A stretch of DNA of 64,000 nucleotides from a bacterium (lineage in GTDB: Bacteria; Electryoneota; Electryoneia; Electryoneales; Electryoneaceae), in the NCBI GenBank assembly GCA_019912845.1, contig JAIOHU010000137.1, forward strand, positions 20,765 to 84,764, in the 5' to 3' direction. Under the pieces are notes generated by a model. That model saw nothing but the letters and a program-made list of their open reading frames with translations, did no database searches and was not told the origin of the DNA. Below are positions 40,255-50,981 of this stretch, piece after piece (position 1 is the stretch's first letter; the number at the start of each line of letters is the position of its first letter). Position numbers and translations under genes: made by a program.

Positions 40255-40791
40255 ATGAGCAGGAGCAAAGCTGGCAACTCAACCATCAGCGTCGATCTGT
40301 TGCTCGAATATCCACTTTTTCGTGATATGTCTCATACGCAGGTTGCAGCAGCAGCCAATCACATCGAAAAGCTAGGCTACGAAAGCGGGACAAACATCTT
40401 CAAAGAGGGGGAGCAGGGTGATGATGTGTTTATTCTGCTCGAAGGTGAAATCTCGATTACCCAAAGACTCACCCTGTTTACCTCACGTGATGAAAAACAG
40501 GAACGCGATAAATCCTTAATCCACCTTAATGCGAGCATGCGTCCGGTTATCGGCGAAATTGCTCTCTGCGCAAACACCCCACGTTCCGCTTCAGTTACTG
40601 CCAGGAGTGATGTAGTAATTGGTGGTTTCAGTGCGGACGATCTCAAACTGGTTATCGACCAGGACCCACACTTCGGCTATCTCTTCTATAGAAATCTCTC
40701 GTCCATTATCTCGCAACGTCTGATCACTGCAAACGAAAATGTTCTCAAGCTGACAACGGCTTTCTCTCTGGCACTCCAACGCAAAGTCTAA
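40255..40791 (+). CDS. Cyclic nucleotide-binding domain protein (no HTH)
   Basis: IFKEGEQGDDVFILLEGEI, IGEIAL..PRSASV. Confidence 0.88.
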   Translation: MSRSKAGNSTISVDLLLEYPLFRDMSHTQVAAAANHIEKLGYESGTNIFKEGEQGDDVFILLEGEISITQRLTLFTSRDEKQERDKSLIHLNASMRPVIGEIALCANTPRSASVTARSDVVIGGFSADDLKLVIDQDPHFGYLFYRNLSSIISQRLITANENVLKLTTAFSLALQRKV

Positions 40792-40799
40792 CTACTTCT

Positions 40800-40916
40800 A
40801 ACCACAGAGACGCACCAATGAACCACAGAGACACACCAATGAACCACAGAGGCACAGAGACGCAGAGACACAGAGGTAAAACTTGAACCACAGAGATCAC
40901 AGAGAACACAGAGAAA
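40800..40916 (+). repeat. CACAGAG low-complexity array; left arm of GxxExxY element
   Basis: Two 21-bp tandem units AACCACAGAGAC(G/A)CACCAATG, then CACAGAG repeats; 40886-40916 is the 31-bp left inverted repeat. Confidence 0.85.
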
Positions 40917-40924
40917 AGATTAAA

Positions 40925-41296
40925 ATGAATAAAGATGAGCTTACCGGAAAAATTATTGAAGCTGCAATTGAGGTGCATAAAACATTAGGTCCCGGATTGC
41001 TGGAAAATACGTATGAAATTTGTCTGCACTGGGAACTGACAAATAGAGGGATAAAATCAGAACGTCAGGTGGAATTACCAGTTATATATAAAGGGGTAAA
41101 AATTGAAACAGCATATCGACTAGATATTTTAGTTGAGAGCAAAGTCATAGTTGAGGTAAAGGCAGTGCAGGAACTAAACGCAGTGCATGATGCCCAATTG
41201 ATGACTTACCTGAAATTGAGCAAGCTTAAAACTGGTCTGCTTATTAACTTCAGTAACAAGCTGCTGAAGAATAATATCAAAAGAATATCAATGTAG
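40925..41296 (+). CDS. GxxExxY protein (PD-(D/E)XK nuclease-like)
   Basis: VHKTLGPGLLENTYE, YRLDILVESKVIVEVKA, AQLMTYL, GLLINF. Confidence 0.93.
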   Translation: MNKDELTGKIIEAAIEVHKTLGPGLLENTYEICLHWELTNRGIKSERQVELPVIYKGVKIETAYRLDILVESKVIVEVKAVQELNAVHDAQLMTYLKLSKLKTGLLINFSNKLLKNNIKRISM

Positions 41297-41450
41297 TCCT
41301 GTAGTAATAATCTTTTCGGTAATCCAGATAACTGACCTCGCTGGTTAATGCGGAGAATTCTGTGGACGCCTGTCTCTTGTTATCCAGCAACCGCAAGCTA
41401 CCGTATCCTATCTATTAAACTGTTCTCGTTCAGTGTATTCCAGATAAGAA

Positions 41451-41510
41451 TTTCTCTGTGTTCTCTGTGATCTCTGTGGTTAAATTTCTTATACTCTGTG
41501 TCTCTGTGGT
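41451..41510 (-). repeat. Right arm of GxxExxY element
   Basis: 41451-41481 is the exact reverse complement of 40886-40916; a further CTCTGTGTCTCTGTGGT at 41494-41510. Confidence 0.88.
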
Positions 41511-41541
41511 AAAATTTTAATATTCACTTGCGAGGAAATAA

Positions 41542-44328
41542 ATGGACATCCCGAAAACCTACGATCCGAACAAAGTAGAAGCAAAATACGCCAAATGGTG
41601 GCAGGAAAAAGGTTTTTTCAAAACAGCCCCCGACCCGGATAAAGAACCATTCACCATCATGATGCCCCCTCCGAATGTGACTGGTGTGCTGCACATGGGG
41701 CATGCGTTACAGGATACCATACAGGATACCTTGATACGGTATCACCGTATGCAGGGTTTTGAAGCTCACTGGCAGGCAGGAAAGGATCACGCCGGCATTG
41801 CTACCCAGACGGTTGTCGAAAAAGAGCTGAAGAAAAATCGTCAACCGGATCGTCGGACACTGGGACGTGATAAGTTCATAGAAGAGGTGTGGAAGGTTGT
41901 TGAACGTAACCAGAATGTGATTACGCGCCAGAAAATGGCGATGGGGGACAGTGCGGACTGGTCACGTGAACGTTTTACTCTTGATGAAGGGTTGAGTCGT
42001 GCGGTACGAGAGGTATTCGTCAGACTGTATGAGGACGGCTTGATCTATCGCGGACCATATATCGTAAACTGGTCACCGGCGCTTGGTTCTGCGATCAGTG
42101 ATGAGGAGGTCGACCACAGGGATGAAGAGGGTCATCTCTGGCATATCCGTTACCCGGGAGTCAATGGTGGAGAAGGCGCAGTAGTAGCTACCACTCGTCC
42201 CGAAACCATGCTCGGCGATACTGCGGTCATGGTGCATCCAGAGGATGAACGTTATCAGCACTTGATCGGTAAAGAGGTGGAGCTGCCTTTGACCGGTCGT
42301 CGAATTCCAGTCATCGCTGATGATTATGTCGACCGTGAGTTCGGAACTGGTACCGTAAAAGTTACCCCTGCACATGACCCCAATGATTTTGAGGTAGGCA
42401 AACGTCACAATCTCCCGATGCCGGTCATTATGGACACTCATGCCCAGATTCAGGCACCGGCACCGGAAAAATATATCGGGATGGACAGGTTCAAAGCACG
42501 AGATGCGATTATAAAAGACCTTGAGGAGCAGGGATTGCTGGTGAAAGTAGAAAAACATCAGCATGCTGTTGGCTACTGTCATCGCACCAAAGTTCCTATC
42601 GAACCCTATCTGTCGACCCAATGGTTTTTGAAGATGAAACCACTAGCCGATCCGGCGATTGAAGCGGTGCGTAACGGTGAGATTCAGTTCGTTCCCAACC
42701 GTTGGGAAAAGGTTTATTTCCAATGGCTTGAAAATATCAGGGATTGGTGCATATCTCGTCAGCTATGGTGGGGACATAGAATTCCGGCGTGGTATTGCGA
42801 CAATTGCGACGAGATGACAGTAAGTCGTGAAGACCCGGGTGAATGCTCAGCCTGCGGATCAAAAAACATTCGACAGGATGAAGATGTGCTGGATACATGG
42901 TTCTCCAGTTGGATATGGCCCTTCTCTACACTTGGTTGGCCGGACGAAACAGATGAAATCGGATATTACCACCCGACAGACGTTCTGGTGAGTGGGTATG
43001 ATATCATCTTTTTCTGGATCGCACGCATGATTATGGCGGATCTCTATTTCACCGGACACATTCCCTATAAAACGGTTTATATCACAGGGATGATCAAAGA
43101 TAAACAGGGACGCTGGATGTCGAAATCCCTCGGGAACGGCATTGATCCCCTGGAAATGATCGAGCAGTATGGCGCGGATGCCGTGCGTTACAGTTTGACT
43201 GTGCTGACTACAGAAGGGCAGGATATCAATCTCGATCCCACACGCTTTGAAATGGGACGCAACTTCACCAATAAACTCTGGAATGCTTTCCGTTTTGTTG
43301 CAAGCCAGGCTTCAGAACTTCTACCTCAGCAACTTGAGGAGATGCATAATACAGCCAGGTCTATGCCCGATCCGCTCAGTCCTGCTGGTTTCCCGACACC
43401 TCAGGGACCAACAGAAGAAGCGAACTTAAGGCGTCTGATTACCGAGGCTATCGAAGCATCCGGACCGAGCGCACTAGAGGATCGTTGGATTCGTGCTCGT
43501 TATGTGGAAACTGTTCACGAGGTGGAAGATCGCCTCTCTCGTTACAAGATGAATGAAGCCTTACTGGCAATTTATCGGTTTACCTGGAACGAGTTCTGCG
43601 ATTGGTATATCGAATCGATCAAACCACGGATTTCTTATGATGCAAATGCCAATGAAGCGGCAGCGACCTTACGTTTCGCATGCAATATTCTCGAAGACCT
43701 GGTCTGTATGCTGCATCCATTTATGCCTTTCATAACCGAAGAGATTTATCAACTGCTGGGTCAGATTGAAGGTCGTTTTCTACCTTCAGATCGTTCCGAA
43801 ACTGTTTCCCTGGCACGCTGGCACAATGCTGATGTGCAAAAAACCGACGACAAGGCGATTGAAGAGTACAGTTATGTGCAGGAACTAGTGAGTGCGGTGA
43901 GGAATGTGCGGGGTGAGCTTCTGGTCGCACCATCGAAAAATGTGAAAATCGCGTTGCACGAGAAGGATCCTCGTATTAAGCTGATTAAACGTGAGTGGAG
44001 TACAATCCAGCGTCTCGCAAAACTTGAGGATGACGGTCTCCTGCTGGTCAAGGAAAAACCAGCCCTCTCTGCAACGACGCTGGTCGAAGGAAGGCAATTG
44101 TTTGTTCCGCTGGAAGGTTTGATTGATATTGATGCTGAAAAAGCACGTGTCGAAAAGGAAGTCGGCAAGCTGGATGGGCTGCTGATGGGTGTGCAAAAGA
44201 AGCTGGAAAACAAGAAATTTGTCGATAATGCTCCAGGTGATGTGGTCAAAAAGGAACGTGACAAACTGAATGACTACGAAGAGAAAAAAGCGAAACTGGT
44301 GAAACACCTTGAGGATTTGCTGGGGTAG
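41542..44328 (+). CDS. valS: Valine--tRNA ligase
   Basis: PPPNVTGVLHMGH, ATTRPET, DWCISRQLWWGHRIP, WMSKS, C-terminal coiled coil. Confidence 0.98.
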   Translation: MDIPKTYDPNKVEAKYAKWWQEKGFFKTAPDPDKEPFTIMMPPPNVTGVLHMGHALQDTIQDTLIRYHRMQGFEAHWQAGKDHAGIATQTVVEKELKKNRQPDRRTLGRDKFIEEVWKVVERNQNVITRQKMAMGDSADWSRERFTLDEGLSRAVREVFVRLYEDGLIYRGPYIVNWSPALGSAISDEEVDHRDEEGHLWHIRYPGVNGGEGAVVATTRPETMLGDTAVMVHPEDERYQHLIGKEVELPLTGRRIPVIADDYVDREFGTGTVKVTPAHDPNDFEVGKRHNLPMPVIMDTHAQIQAPAPEKYIGMDRFKARDAIIKDLEEQGLLVKVEKHQHAVGYCHRTKVPIEPYLSTQWFLKMKPLADPAIEAVRNGEIQFVPNRWEKVYFQWLENIRDWCISRQLWWGHRIPAWYCDNCDEMTVSREDPGECSACGSKNIRQDEDVLDTWFSSWIWPFSTLGWPDETDEIGYYHPTDVLVSGYDIIFFWIARMIMADLYFTGHIPYKTVYITGMIKDKQGRWMSKSLGNGIDPLEMIEQYGADAVRYSLTVLTTEGQDINLDPTRFEMGRNFTNKLWNAFRFVASQASELLPQQLEEMHNTARSMPDPLSPAGFPTPQGPTEEANLRRLITEAIEASGPSALEDRWIRARYVETVHEVEDRLSRYKMNEALLAIYRFTWNEFCDWYIESIKPRISYDANANEAAATLRFACNILEDLVCMLHPFMPFITEEIYQLLGQIEGRFLPSDRSETVSLARWHNADVQKTDDKAIEEYSYVQELVSAVRNVRGELLVAPSKNVKIALHEKDPRIKLIKREWSTIQRLAKLEDDGLLLVKEKPALSATTLVEGRQLFVPLEGLIDIDAEKARVEKEVGKLDGLLMGVQKKLENKKFVDNAPGDVVKKERDKLNDYEEKKAKLVKHLEDLLG

Positions 44329-44380
44329 GTTTTGTGAGCAACTGTAGAAACATTCACCAGATGTTAAGGGAGATGTGATA

Positions 44381-45763
44381 ATGAATATTCCACATATAAT
44401 TAAAAAACATTCATTTCAAATATCAATAGTCATCTTTTTTCTTTTAGTTTTTGGAACAGTAGCACCTTCCACAGCATCAGACTCAAAAGATATTATGATC
44501 ACAGTTTATAATGATAATCTGGGTCTGGTGAGAGAGGTACGTACCCTCGACCTGCAGAAAGGGATTGTTGAATATTCTTATGATGGTGTTGCTGCGCAGA
44601 TCGACCCAACCTCTGTTCATTTCAAAGCGCCGGACGCATCGGTATTAGAACAGAATTACGAATACGACCTGGTGGATCGTCGTGTACTGCTTGGCAAATA
44701 CATCGGCGAAGAGGTGCAGATTGAACTGGAATCAGGGGTGATCGAGGGTAAACTGCTCTCCGCCGATTTTGGTATTGCATTGGAGAAAAACAACGGGCAG
44801 GTGCAGTATATACGCGAGGATGTTATTCAAAGCGTACATTTTCCCAAGTTGCCTGATGGACTGGTCTTGAAACCAACCTTACGTTGGATGTTGAACTCGA
44901 AAACAAAGGGTTCAACAGAAGGTGTACTCACCTATATGACTCGTGGCATCTCCTGGGAAGCCAGTTATGTTGCGGTTGTAAACAAAGACGACAACGCTGT
45001 CGATTTTTCTGGATGGGTGCAAATAGACAACACCAGCGGTGCCACCTATGCCGATGCCACCTTGAAACTGATGGCTGGTGATGTTGCCATAGAACAGCCG
45101 CAGTATGCGCGAAATGGTTATGGCAAAGAACGAATGATGACTGCCATGGCGGAGATGGACCAGGGATTCGAGGAGAAATCCTTCTTTGAATATCACCTGT
45201 ATACCTTACCGCGAAAAGTTTCACTTCAAGATAAACAAACCAAGCAGATAAGCCTCTTTCCTTCTGCAACAGCACAGGTAAAGAAGATTTTTACCTATGA
45301 CCATTGGAGAGACGCTAAAAAAGTGGACGTCTCCATCGAATTTTCCAACGAAGAGAAATACAACCTCGGTTTGCCACTTCCCAAAGGCAAGGTACGTGTC
45401 TTCAAGGCGGATGATGACGGCAGCTTGCAGTTCATAGGCGAAGATCGTATTGACCACACCCCGAAAAATGAAAAAGTGAGGGTATCGACTGGCAAAGCAT
45501 TTGATATCGTTGTCGAACGCTCCCAAAAGGACTACAATACTCAGGGGCGAAATTTCCGTGAAGAGGAATACGAGGTTGAAATCCGTAACCAGAAGGAAGA
45601 AAATGTCGAAGTGTTGGTTATAGAACACTTTCGCGGAAACTGGGAATTGATTTCACAGAGCCATAGCGGAGAAAAAACAAGTGCTTTTCAGTATGAATGG
45701 ACAATTCCTGTTCCGGCTGAGGATAAAGTTACGCTGACTTACCGTGTTAAATACAGCAGGTAG
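44381..45763 (+). CDS. DUF4139 domain secreted protein
   Basis: Signal peptide, ITVYNDNLGLVREVR, EQNYEYDL, FFEYHLY, LPKGKVRVF, GEDRIDHTP. Confidence 0.85.
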   Translation: MNIPHIIKKHSFQISIVIFFLLVFGTVAPSTASDSKDIMITVYNDNLGLVREVRTLDLQKGIVEYSYDGVAAQIDPTSVHFKAPDASVLEQNYEYDLVDRRVLLGKYIGEEVQIELESGVIEGKLLSADFGIALEKNNGQVQYIREDVIQSVHFPKLPDGLVLKPTLRWMLNSKTKGSTEGVLTYMTRGISWEASYVAVVNKDDNAVDFSGWVQIDNTSGATYADATLKLMAGDVAIEQPQYARNGYGKERMMTAMAEMDQGFEEKSFFEYHLYTLPRKVSLQDKQTKQISLFPSATAQVKKIFTYDHWRDAKKVDVSIEFSNEEKYNLGLPLPKGKVRVFKADDDGSLQFIGEDRIDHTPKNEKVRVSTGKAFDIVVERSQKDYNTQGRNFREEEYEVEIRNQKEENVEVLVIEHFRGNWELISQSHSGEKTSAFQYEWTIPVPAEDKVTLTYRVKYSR

Positions 45764-45773
45764 CGAAGAAATT

Positions 45774-47894
45774 ATGCCACGAAACCCACCACCACTCGAT
45801 TTACCCGTTGAATATGTACGCGGGATTGGTCCGAAACGGGCTGCTGCGTTCAAAAAGGTGGGAGTACGTTCGCTTCGTGATTTACTCTTTTATGCCCCAC
45901 GCCGTTACCTCGATCGCAGCACTGCTATCCCCATACGCGAACTTCATGGACCATCGGAAGAGGAGGTCACTGTCGTAGGAACAGTGATTGATACACGCGA
46001 GACAAAAATGCGCAAAGGGGGCACTCGTTATGAGGCACTCCTCGACGATGGACTCTCATCGTTAACCCTTGTCTGGTTCAAACATACCAGTGGTATCAGA
46101 AAATGGATCACCACAGGCTATTCCGCTGCTTTTTCTGGAAAAGTTGTCGAATTTAACCGTTTTCTGCAAATGGTTCACCCTGATGTAACCGAATTATCCA
46201 AAGGTGAAGTTTCGGATTTGCTCGCGGGTAAGGGGCGATGGGTAGCTATTTATCCAGGAAACAAGGAACTGGATAAAGCTGGCTTGGATATGCGCGGATT
46301 ACGCACCCTGATGGATCGAATCGTTGGTGAATATCTGCCAGATATCGAAGATTTCTGGACAGAAGAGGATCGCATCAAATTCGAGATTCCCGAGCTGGAA
46401 AAAGCACTGATGGCAGTACACCGTCCTCGTTCAGCAGAAGATCACTTGATGGGTTGGAACCGTCTCAAGCTGGATGAGCTGGTGATGTTGCAGCTCACGT
46501 GGGTGTATGCGAAGGAACACAGACGTCAACGTGCACGCGGAATATCTTACCCGGAAGTTGGTAAAACCACACGTGCGATGATTGAAAAACTCCCCTTCAA
46601 GTTAACAGAGACGCAACGTAAAATCCTGCGTGAAATCTGGAGTGATATGACCTCACCCCATGCGATGAGCCGTTTGTTGCAGGGGGATGTCGGCTCAGGC
46701 AAAACAGTGGTGGCACTGATCGCCATGACCATTGCTGTGGAAAATGGCTACCAGGCGGCATTGATGGTACCCACGGAAATTCTCGCAGAACAGCACTATC
46801 TCACCAGCCGTAAATTTCTGAAGGGGTTGGGAGTACATGTTGAGTTGCTGCTGGGGGGATCAAAGACCAAAGCCAAACAAGAGCAACTCGATAGAATCGC
46901 ATCTGGAAAACCATGCATTGTAATTGGCACACACGCCCTCATTCAGGATGCCGTAAACTTCAGTCGGTTGGGGTTTGTGGTTATCGATGAACAGCACCGT
47001 TTTGGAGTAACCCAACGTATGAAGTTGATGGACCCCGGAATGGAGCAACGTCCCGATGTTCTGGTTATGACCGCAACACCGATTCCCCGTTCGCTCGGGT
47101 TAACCCTCTATGGCGATCTGGATGTCAGCCGTCTTGATGAAATGCCTCCCGGTCGAGGTAAAATCAGTACCATTGCGATAAACGGTAAAACCGGTCGTGC
47201 GGAAATGTATGCCGAGGTTCGCAAGCAGGTTGAAAATGGTGGGCAGGCGTATATTGTCTTCCCGCTCGTAGAGGAGTCAGAGAAGCTCGACCTGCAAGCG
47301 GCTGTTGAAAGCAAAGCGGATCTGGAACAGACCTACCTGAAGGGATTGCCCCTGGGTTTGCTTCATGGACGGATGAAACTTACTGAAAAAGAAGAGGCAA
47401 TGGCAAAGTTTGTGCGAGGTGAAACTAAGATTTTAGTATCTACAACAGTGATTGAAGTAGGTGTGGATGTAGAAAATGCGACTGAGATGGTCGTAGAACA
47501 TGCGGAACGTTTCGGGCTTGCACAATTGCACCAACTTCGGGGACGTGTGGGAAGAGGTGGCAGAGACTCGCGTTGTTATCTCGTGGGGTATCCCGAAATT
47601 ACCGAAACAGCGAGAGCGCGTATACGAACACTTGTAAGAACCAATGACGGTTTCGAGGTTGCTGAAGAGGATTTACGTATACGAGGTGCAGGTGATTTCT
47701 TTGGTGTCAGACAGCATGGTTTACCAGAGCTGCGTTATGCCGATATCGTTGCTGACCAGGGTCTGCTGATTAAAGCACGAAACATCGCAGATCAAATCAT
47801 TGAAGATGATCCAACTTTGAAGAAGCGTCCCAAACTGAAAGCGGAATTCTCCCGAACTGCAGCAAAAAAAGTTACCTGGTTGGAAATCGCCTGA
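45774..47894 (+). CDS. recG: ATP-dependent DNA helicase RecG
   Basis: RLLQGDVGSGKT, DEQHRFG, MTATPIPR, QLHQLRGRVGRG. Confidence 0.97.
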   Translation: MPRNPPPLDLPVEYVRGIGPKRAAAFKKVGVRSLRDLLFYAPRRYLDRSTAIPIRELHGPSEEEVTVVGTVIDTRETKMRKGGTRYEALLDDGLSSLTLVWFKHTSGIRKWITTGYSAAFSGKVVEFNRFLQMVHPDVTELSKGEVSDLLAGKGRWVAIYPGNKELDKAGLDMRGLRTLMDRIVGEYLPDIEDFWTEEDRIKFEIPELEKALMAVHRPRSAEDHLMGWNRLKLDELVMLQLTWVYAKEHRRQRARGISYPEVGKTTRAMIEKLPFKLTETQRKILREIWSDMTSPHAMSRLLQGDVGSGKTVVALIAMTIAVENGYQAALMVPTEILAEQHYLTSRKFLKGLGVHVELLLGGSKTKAKQEQLDRIASGKPCIVIGTHALIQDAVNFSRLGFVVIDEQHRFGVTQRMKLMDPGMEQRPDVLVMTATPIPRSLGLTLYGDLDVSRLDEMPPGRGKISTIAINGKTGRAEMYAEVRKQVENGGQAYIVFPLVEESEKLDLQAAVESKADLEQTYLKGLPLGLLHGRMKLTEKEEAMAKFVRGETKILVSTTVIEVGVDVENATEMVVEHAERFGLAQLHQLRGRVGRGGRDSRCYLVGYPEITETARARIRTLVRTNDGFEVAEEDLRIRGAGDFFGVRQHGLPELRYADIVADQGLLIKARNIADQIIEDDPTLKKRPKLKAEFSRTAAKKVTWLEIA

Positions 47895-48092
47895 TATTGA
47901 GATAGAGGGTACATTCGCTTCATTGAACAATGGTCTCTCTGTCGTGGAACATAAGTAGTAGAGATGCCCTCAAACGAGTTGCTCTTTTTTTTGCCCAATT
48001 CCCCTCAATTTGCTATATTAAACCAGCAAAACCTCAAAATGTTCGTTTGATAGAACTTCCCTTATGAATTGTGAAATAAGTAGCGATCCTTT

Positions 48093-48899
48093 ATGATAGA
48101 AAATCCTCAACTGAATGCAACCTTGGTAAGCCGAACTAATATCAGTGAATGGCACACCATCTTCCGTGTTGAACTGGATAACGGTCCGCTGGAGTTCATC
48201 CCGGGGCAGTGGACAGAAATGGGATTACCTCGTGCTGATCGTGAAAAAGGGATCGAAGGTCCGGACAGTGTCGATTTTGTGAAGGATGGGATCGTACGTA
48301 GAGCCTACTCAATCGCCAGTACACCAGGTGCTGAGTACCTGGAATTTGTTTTCAACTTTGTGGAAACAGGACATTTGACTCACTGGCTCTGGAAATTACA
48401 GCCGGGAGACAAACTGTTTGTCGAGCCAGAGGCGAGGGGTGGGTTTACGATTTCAGATATATCTCCGGATAAAATTTTAATCATGGTGGCTACGGGAACT
48501 GGTGTTGCGCCATTCATATCCATGCTACGTGCCTTTCACGGTCGGAAGCAGTGGGAAAAATTTGTTCTGATCGAAGGGGCGAGGAGCAAAAGCCAACTTC
48601 CCTACTATGATGAAATCCTGGAATTGGTGAAAAAAGACCCAAGCATCGTCTACCTTCCAACCTTGACCCGAGAGGAAAGCAAGGACTGGAAGGGGTTACG
48701 GGGGCGTGTTCAGGAACTGTTTCGAGGAAACACCTTGGAAAAGCTGGCTGATATCTGTTTTGCGCCTGATTGTTGCAATTCGTTTCTATGTGGTAATTCG
48801 GATATGATTGCATCGGTGGAAAGTCTGCTGATTAAAAAAGGATTCACACCACGTTGGCAGGATGCCACCGGTGAAGTACATACAGAATTTTATTATTGA
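48093..48899 (+). CDS. Ferredoxin--NADP+ reductase family
   Basis: FIPGQW, RRAYSIAS, MVATGTGVAPFISM, FLCGN..MI. Confidence 0.9.
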   Translation: MIENPQLNATLVSRTNISEWHTIFRVELDNGPLEFIPGQWTEMGLPRADREKGIEGPDSVDFVKDGIVRRAYSIASTPGAEYLEFVFNFVETGHLTHWLWKLQPGDKLFVEPEARGGFTISDISPDKILIMVATGTGVAPFISMLRAFHGRKQWEKFVLIEGARSKSQLPYYDEILELVKKDPSIVYLPTLTREESKDWKGLRGRVQELFRGNTLEKLADICFAPDCCNSFLCGNSDMIASVESLLIKKGFTPRWQDATGEVHTEFYY

Positions 48900-48939
48900 T
48901 AAAGGTAGATAATACACTCATAAAGAAAAGGACTCCATC

Positions 48940-50115
48940 ATGAAACGTGCAGTAATTTTATCCGCATCTCGTACCCCAATTGGCAGTTTTAATGGTGCCC
49001 TGGCAAATATCCCTGCGGTGCAGCTCGGGGGAGCCGCGATTAAAAACGCCATCACAAAGGCGAATATCGAAGCTACCGACGTAGATGAAGTTATCATGGG
49101 AATGGTTTTGCAGGCTGGTGTCGGACAGGCTCCCGCACGTCAGGCAGCTAAAAAAGCAGGTGTTCCAGATGATAAATCCGCATGGACAGTCAACAAGGTC
49201 TGTTCTTCAGGGTTGAAGGCTGTTATGGAAGCAGCCGGATCGATCATGCTCGACGAAAACAAGGTTGTCGCAGCAGGTGGCATGGAAAATATGAGCCTGG
49301 CTCCTTACGCCCTTCCCAATGGACGAAATGGTTATCGTTATGGGCACGGTCAGGTAGTCGACCTGATGATGCACGATGGTCTCTGGGATCCTTACTCTGA
49401 TCAACACATGGGTTCATGCGCAGAACTTTGCGCAGCAGAACACAATATCACACGCGAAGAACAAGACAATTTCTCCATCGAATCATACAATCGAGCGATG
49501 CAGGCGATTGAAGCTGGCAAATTCAAGGAAGAAATTGTACCGATCGTTATCCCCTCGAAAAAGGGCGATATCATCGTTGATACCGATGAAGAACCGGGAC
49601 GTGGGAACACCGCAAAAATGCCAAAACTCCGTCCAGCATTCAAAAAAGATGGTACAGTAACCGCAGCAAACGCCAGCTCCATCAATGATGGTGGTGCAGC
49701 CCTAATCATCGCCGATCCAGATTGGGCAAAGGAACACAACCTCACACCCATCGCAGAAATCAGCGGTTGGGCAACCTACAGCCATGCACCGGAATGGTTT
49801 ACAACTGCTCCCGAAGGAGCTGTCAAACGTCTCCTCGAAAAGCTGAGCTGGAATATCAGTGACGTCGACTATTTCGAATTGAACGAGGCCTTTGCTGTGG
49901 TAAGTCTATATAACAACCGGGCACTGGGTCTCGATGGTTCAAATGTAAATGTACGCGGCGGTGCGGTGGCATTAGGTCATCCAATTGGAGCGTCCGGGGC
50001 ACGTATTCTGGTTAGCCTTCTCCATACCCTGAAGCAGGAAGGCAAAAAACGTGGTATCGCCAGTCTTTGCAACGGCGGTGGCGAAGCGACAGCGTTGGCA
50101 GTGGAGATGATGTAA
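48940..50115 (+). CDS. Acetyl-CoA acetyltransferase (thiolase)
   Basis: NKVCSSG, NEAFA, GHPIGASG, SLCNGGG. Confidence 0.96.
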   Translation: MKRAVILSASRTPIGSFNGALANIPAVQLGGAAIKNAITKANIEATDVDEVIMGMVLQAGVGQAPARQAAKKAGVPDDKSAWTVNKVCSSGLKAVMEAAGSIMLDENKVVAAGGMENMSLAPYALPNGRNGYRYGHGQVVDLMMHDGLWDPYSDQHMGSCAELCAAEHNITREEQDNFSIESYNRAMQAIEAGKFKEEIVPIVIPSKKGDIIVDTDEEPGRGNTAKMPKLRPAFKKDGTVTAANASSINDGGAALIIADPDWAKEHNLTPIAEISGWATYSHAPEWFTTAPEGAVKRLLEKLSWNISDVDYFELNEAFAVVSLYNNRALGLDGSNVNVRGGAVALGHPIGASGARILVSLLHTLKQEGKKRGIASLCNGGGEATALAVEMM

Positions 50116-50169
50116 CTTTGATTATTTCTGAATTCAACCGGGTAGACTTATCTGCCCGGTGGAATATAA

Positions 50170-50503
50170 ATGTCGTTCAAATTGAGATTGATCGTGACTC
50201 CAGAAAGGAACTCATCTTATCTACAAAGTCTTGTACGGGAATTGTGCGCTCTTCCGTATGAGACCGAGTGGGTAGAGTTCAAGTTGAATGACAATAACCC
50301 TGAGATGATTGGTGAATACATCTCTGCTCTTTCGAACGCGGCAACACTTGTGGGAAAGGCATTCGCTTATATCGTATGGGGCGTTGACGATAGATTCGAT
50401 TACATCCCGTTTAATCAAGGAAGCATAAACCGCTGGTAAGATCAGGCAACTAGACCCGGGTGCTGCACCAAGAATGATGAGATACCTTCCATGGTGGATA
50501 TAA
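50170..50503 (+). pseudogene. Internally deleted AlbA_2/Schlafen-domain ATP-binding regulator remnant
   Basis: N-part ETEWVEFK..IGEYISALSNAA..YIVWGVDD joined, in another frame, to a C-terminus-like SRLIKEA*TAGKIRQLDPGAAPRMMRYLPWWI*. Confidence 0.7.
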
Positions 50504-50679
50504 GATTTTACTTGATGGGAACTTGATCGATTGGGTAAAATTCGACAATAAATCGTGGATTAAACATCAGTAATTCTATTATTATCAAGAAGTTAAAAAG
50601 TACATATTTTGCTTTATTTTACTTCATGAGAACTTGATCGATTGGATCATCCAATTGGAGCATATGGTGCACGTTTTCT

Positions 50680-50880
50680 CGTCAGCTTCTGTTTCATGTC
50701 GTATTTACAACAGAAAGGCGCGAAGTCTCACTAAAAAGAGAGGTACGTGAAGAGCTGTACCGATTGATTGACTATATTAAAAATCAGGTAGAACATCACT
50801 GGAAAACAAGTTTTGCAGAAGAACATCGTCTCTTATTAAAGGAGGCAGGAGTCAATTAGGATGACCGATATTTGCCTTAA
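50680..50880 (+). mobile_element. IS200/RAYT-type Y1 transposase remnant, internally deleted
   Basis: Manual translation RQLLFHVVFTTERR..REELY joined to YIKNQVEHH..SFAEE..GVN*DDRYLP*; HUH motif missing. Confidence 0.75.
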
Positions 50881-50895
50881 TTATTGCGCTTGTGT

Positions 50896-50981
50896 CGCCC
50901 CTACAGGGCTACTCCAAAAGGCAGAGCATTATTGTCCCGTGGCTTACGCCACGCGTTATGCACATCTTGCCCCTACGGGTC
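50896..50981. repeat. Three-hairpin REP-like element, family C, flanking the transposase remnant
   Basis: CGCCCCTACAGGGCT; CGTGGCTTACGCCACG; GCCCCTACGGGTC. Confidence 0.7.

Noticed and set aside
40800-40916. CRISPR array
   Set aside because: Low-complexity tandem units without unique spacers and no cas genes; explained as GxxExxY flanks. The 40883 start (MNHRDHREHRE) just translates the repeat.
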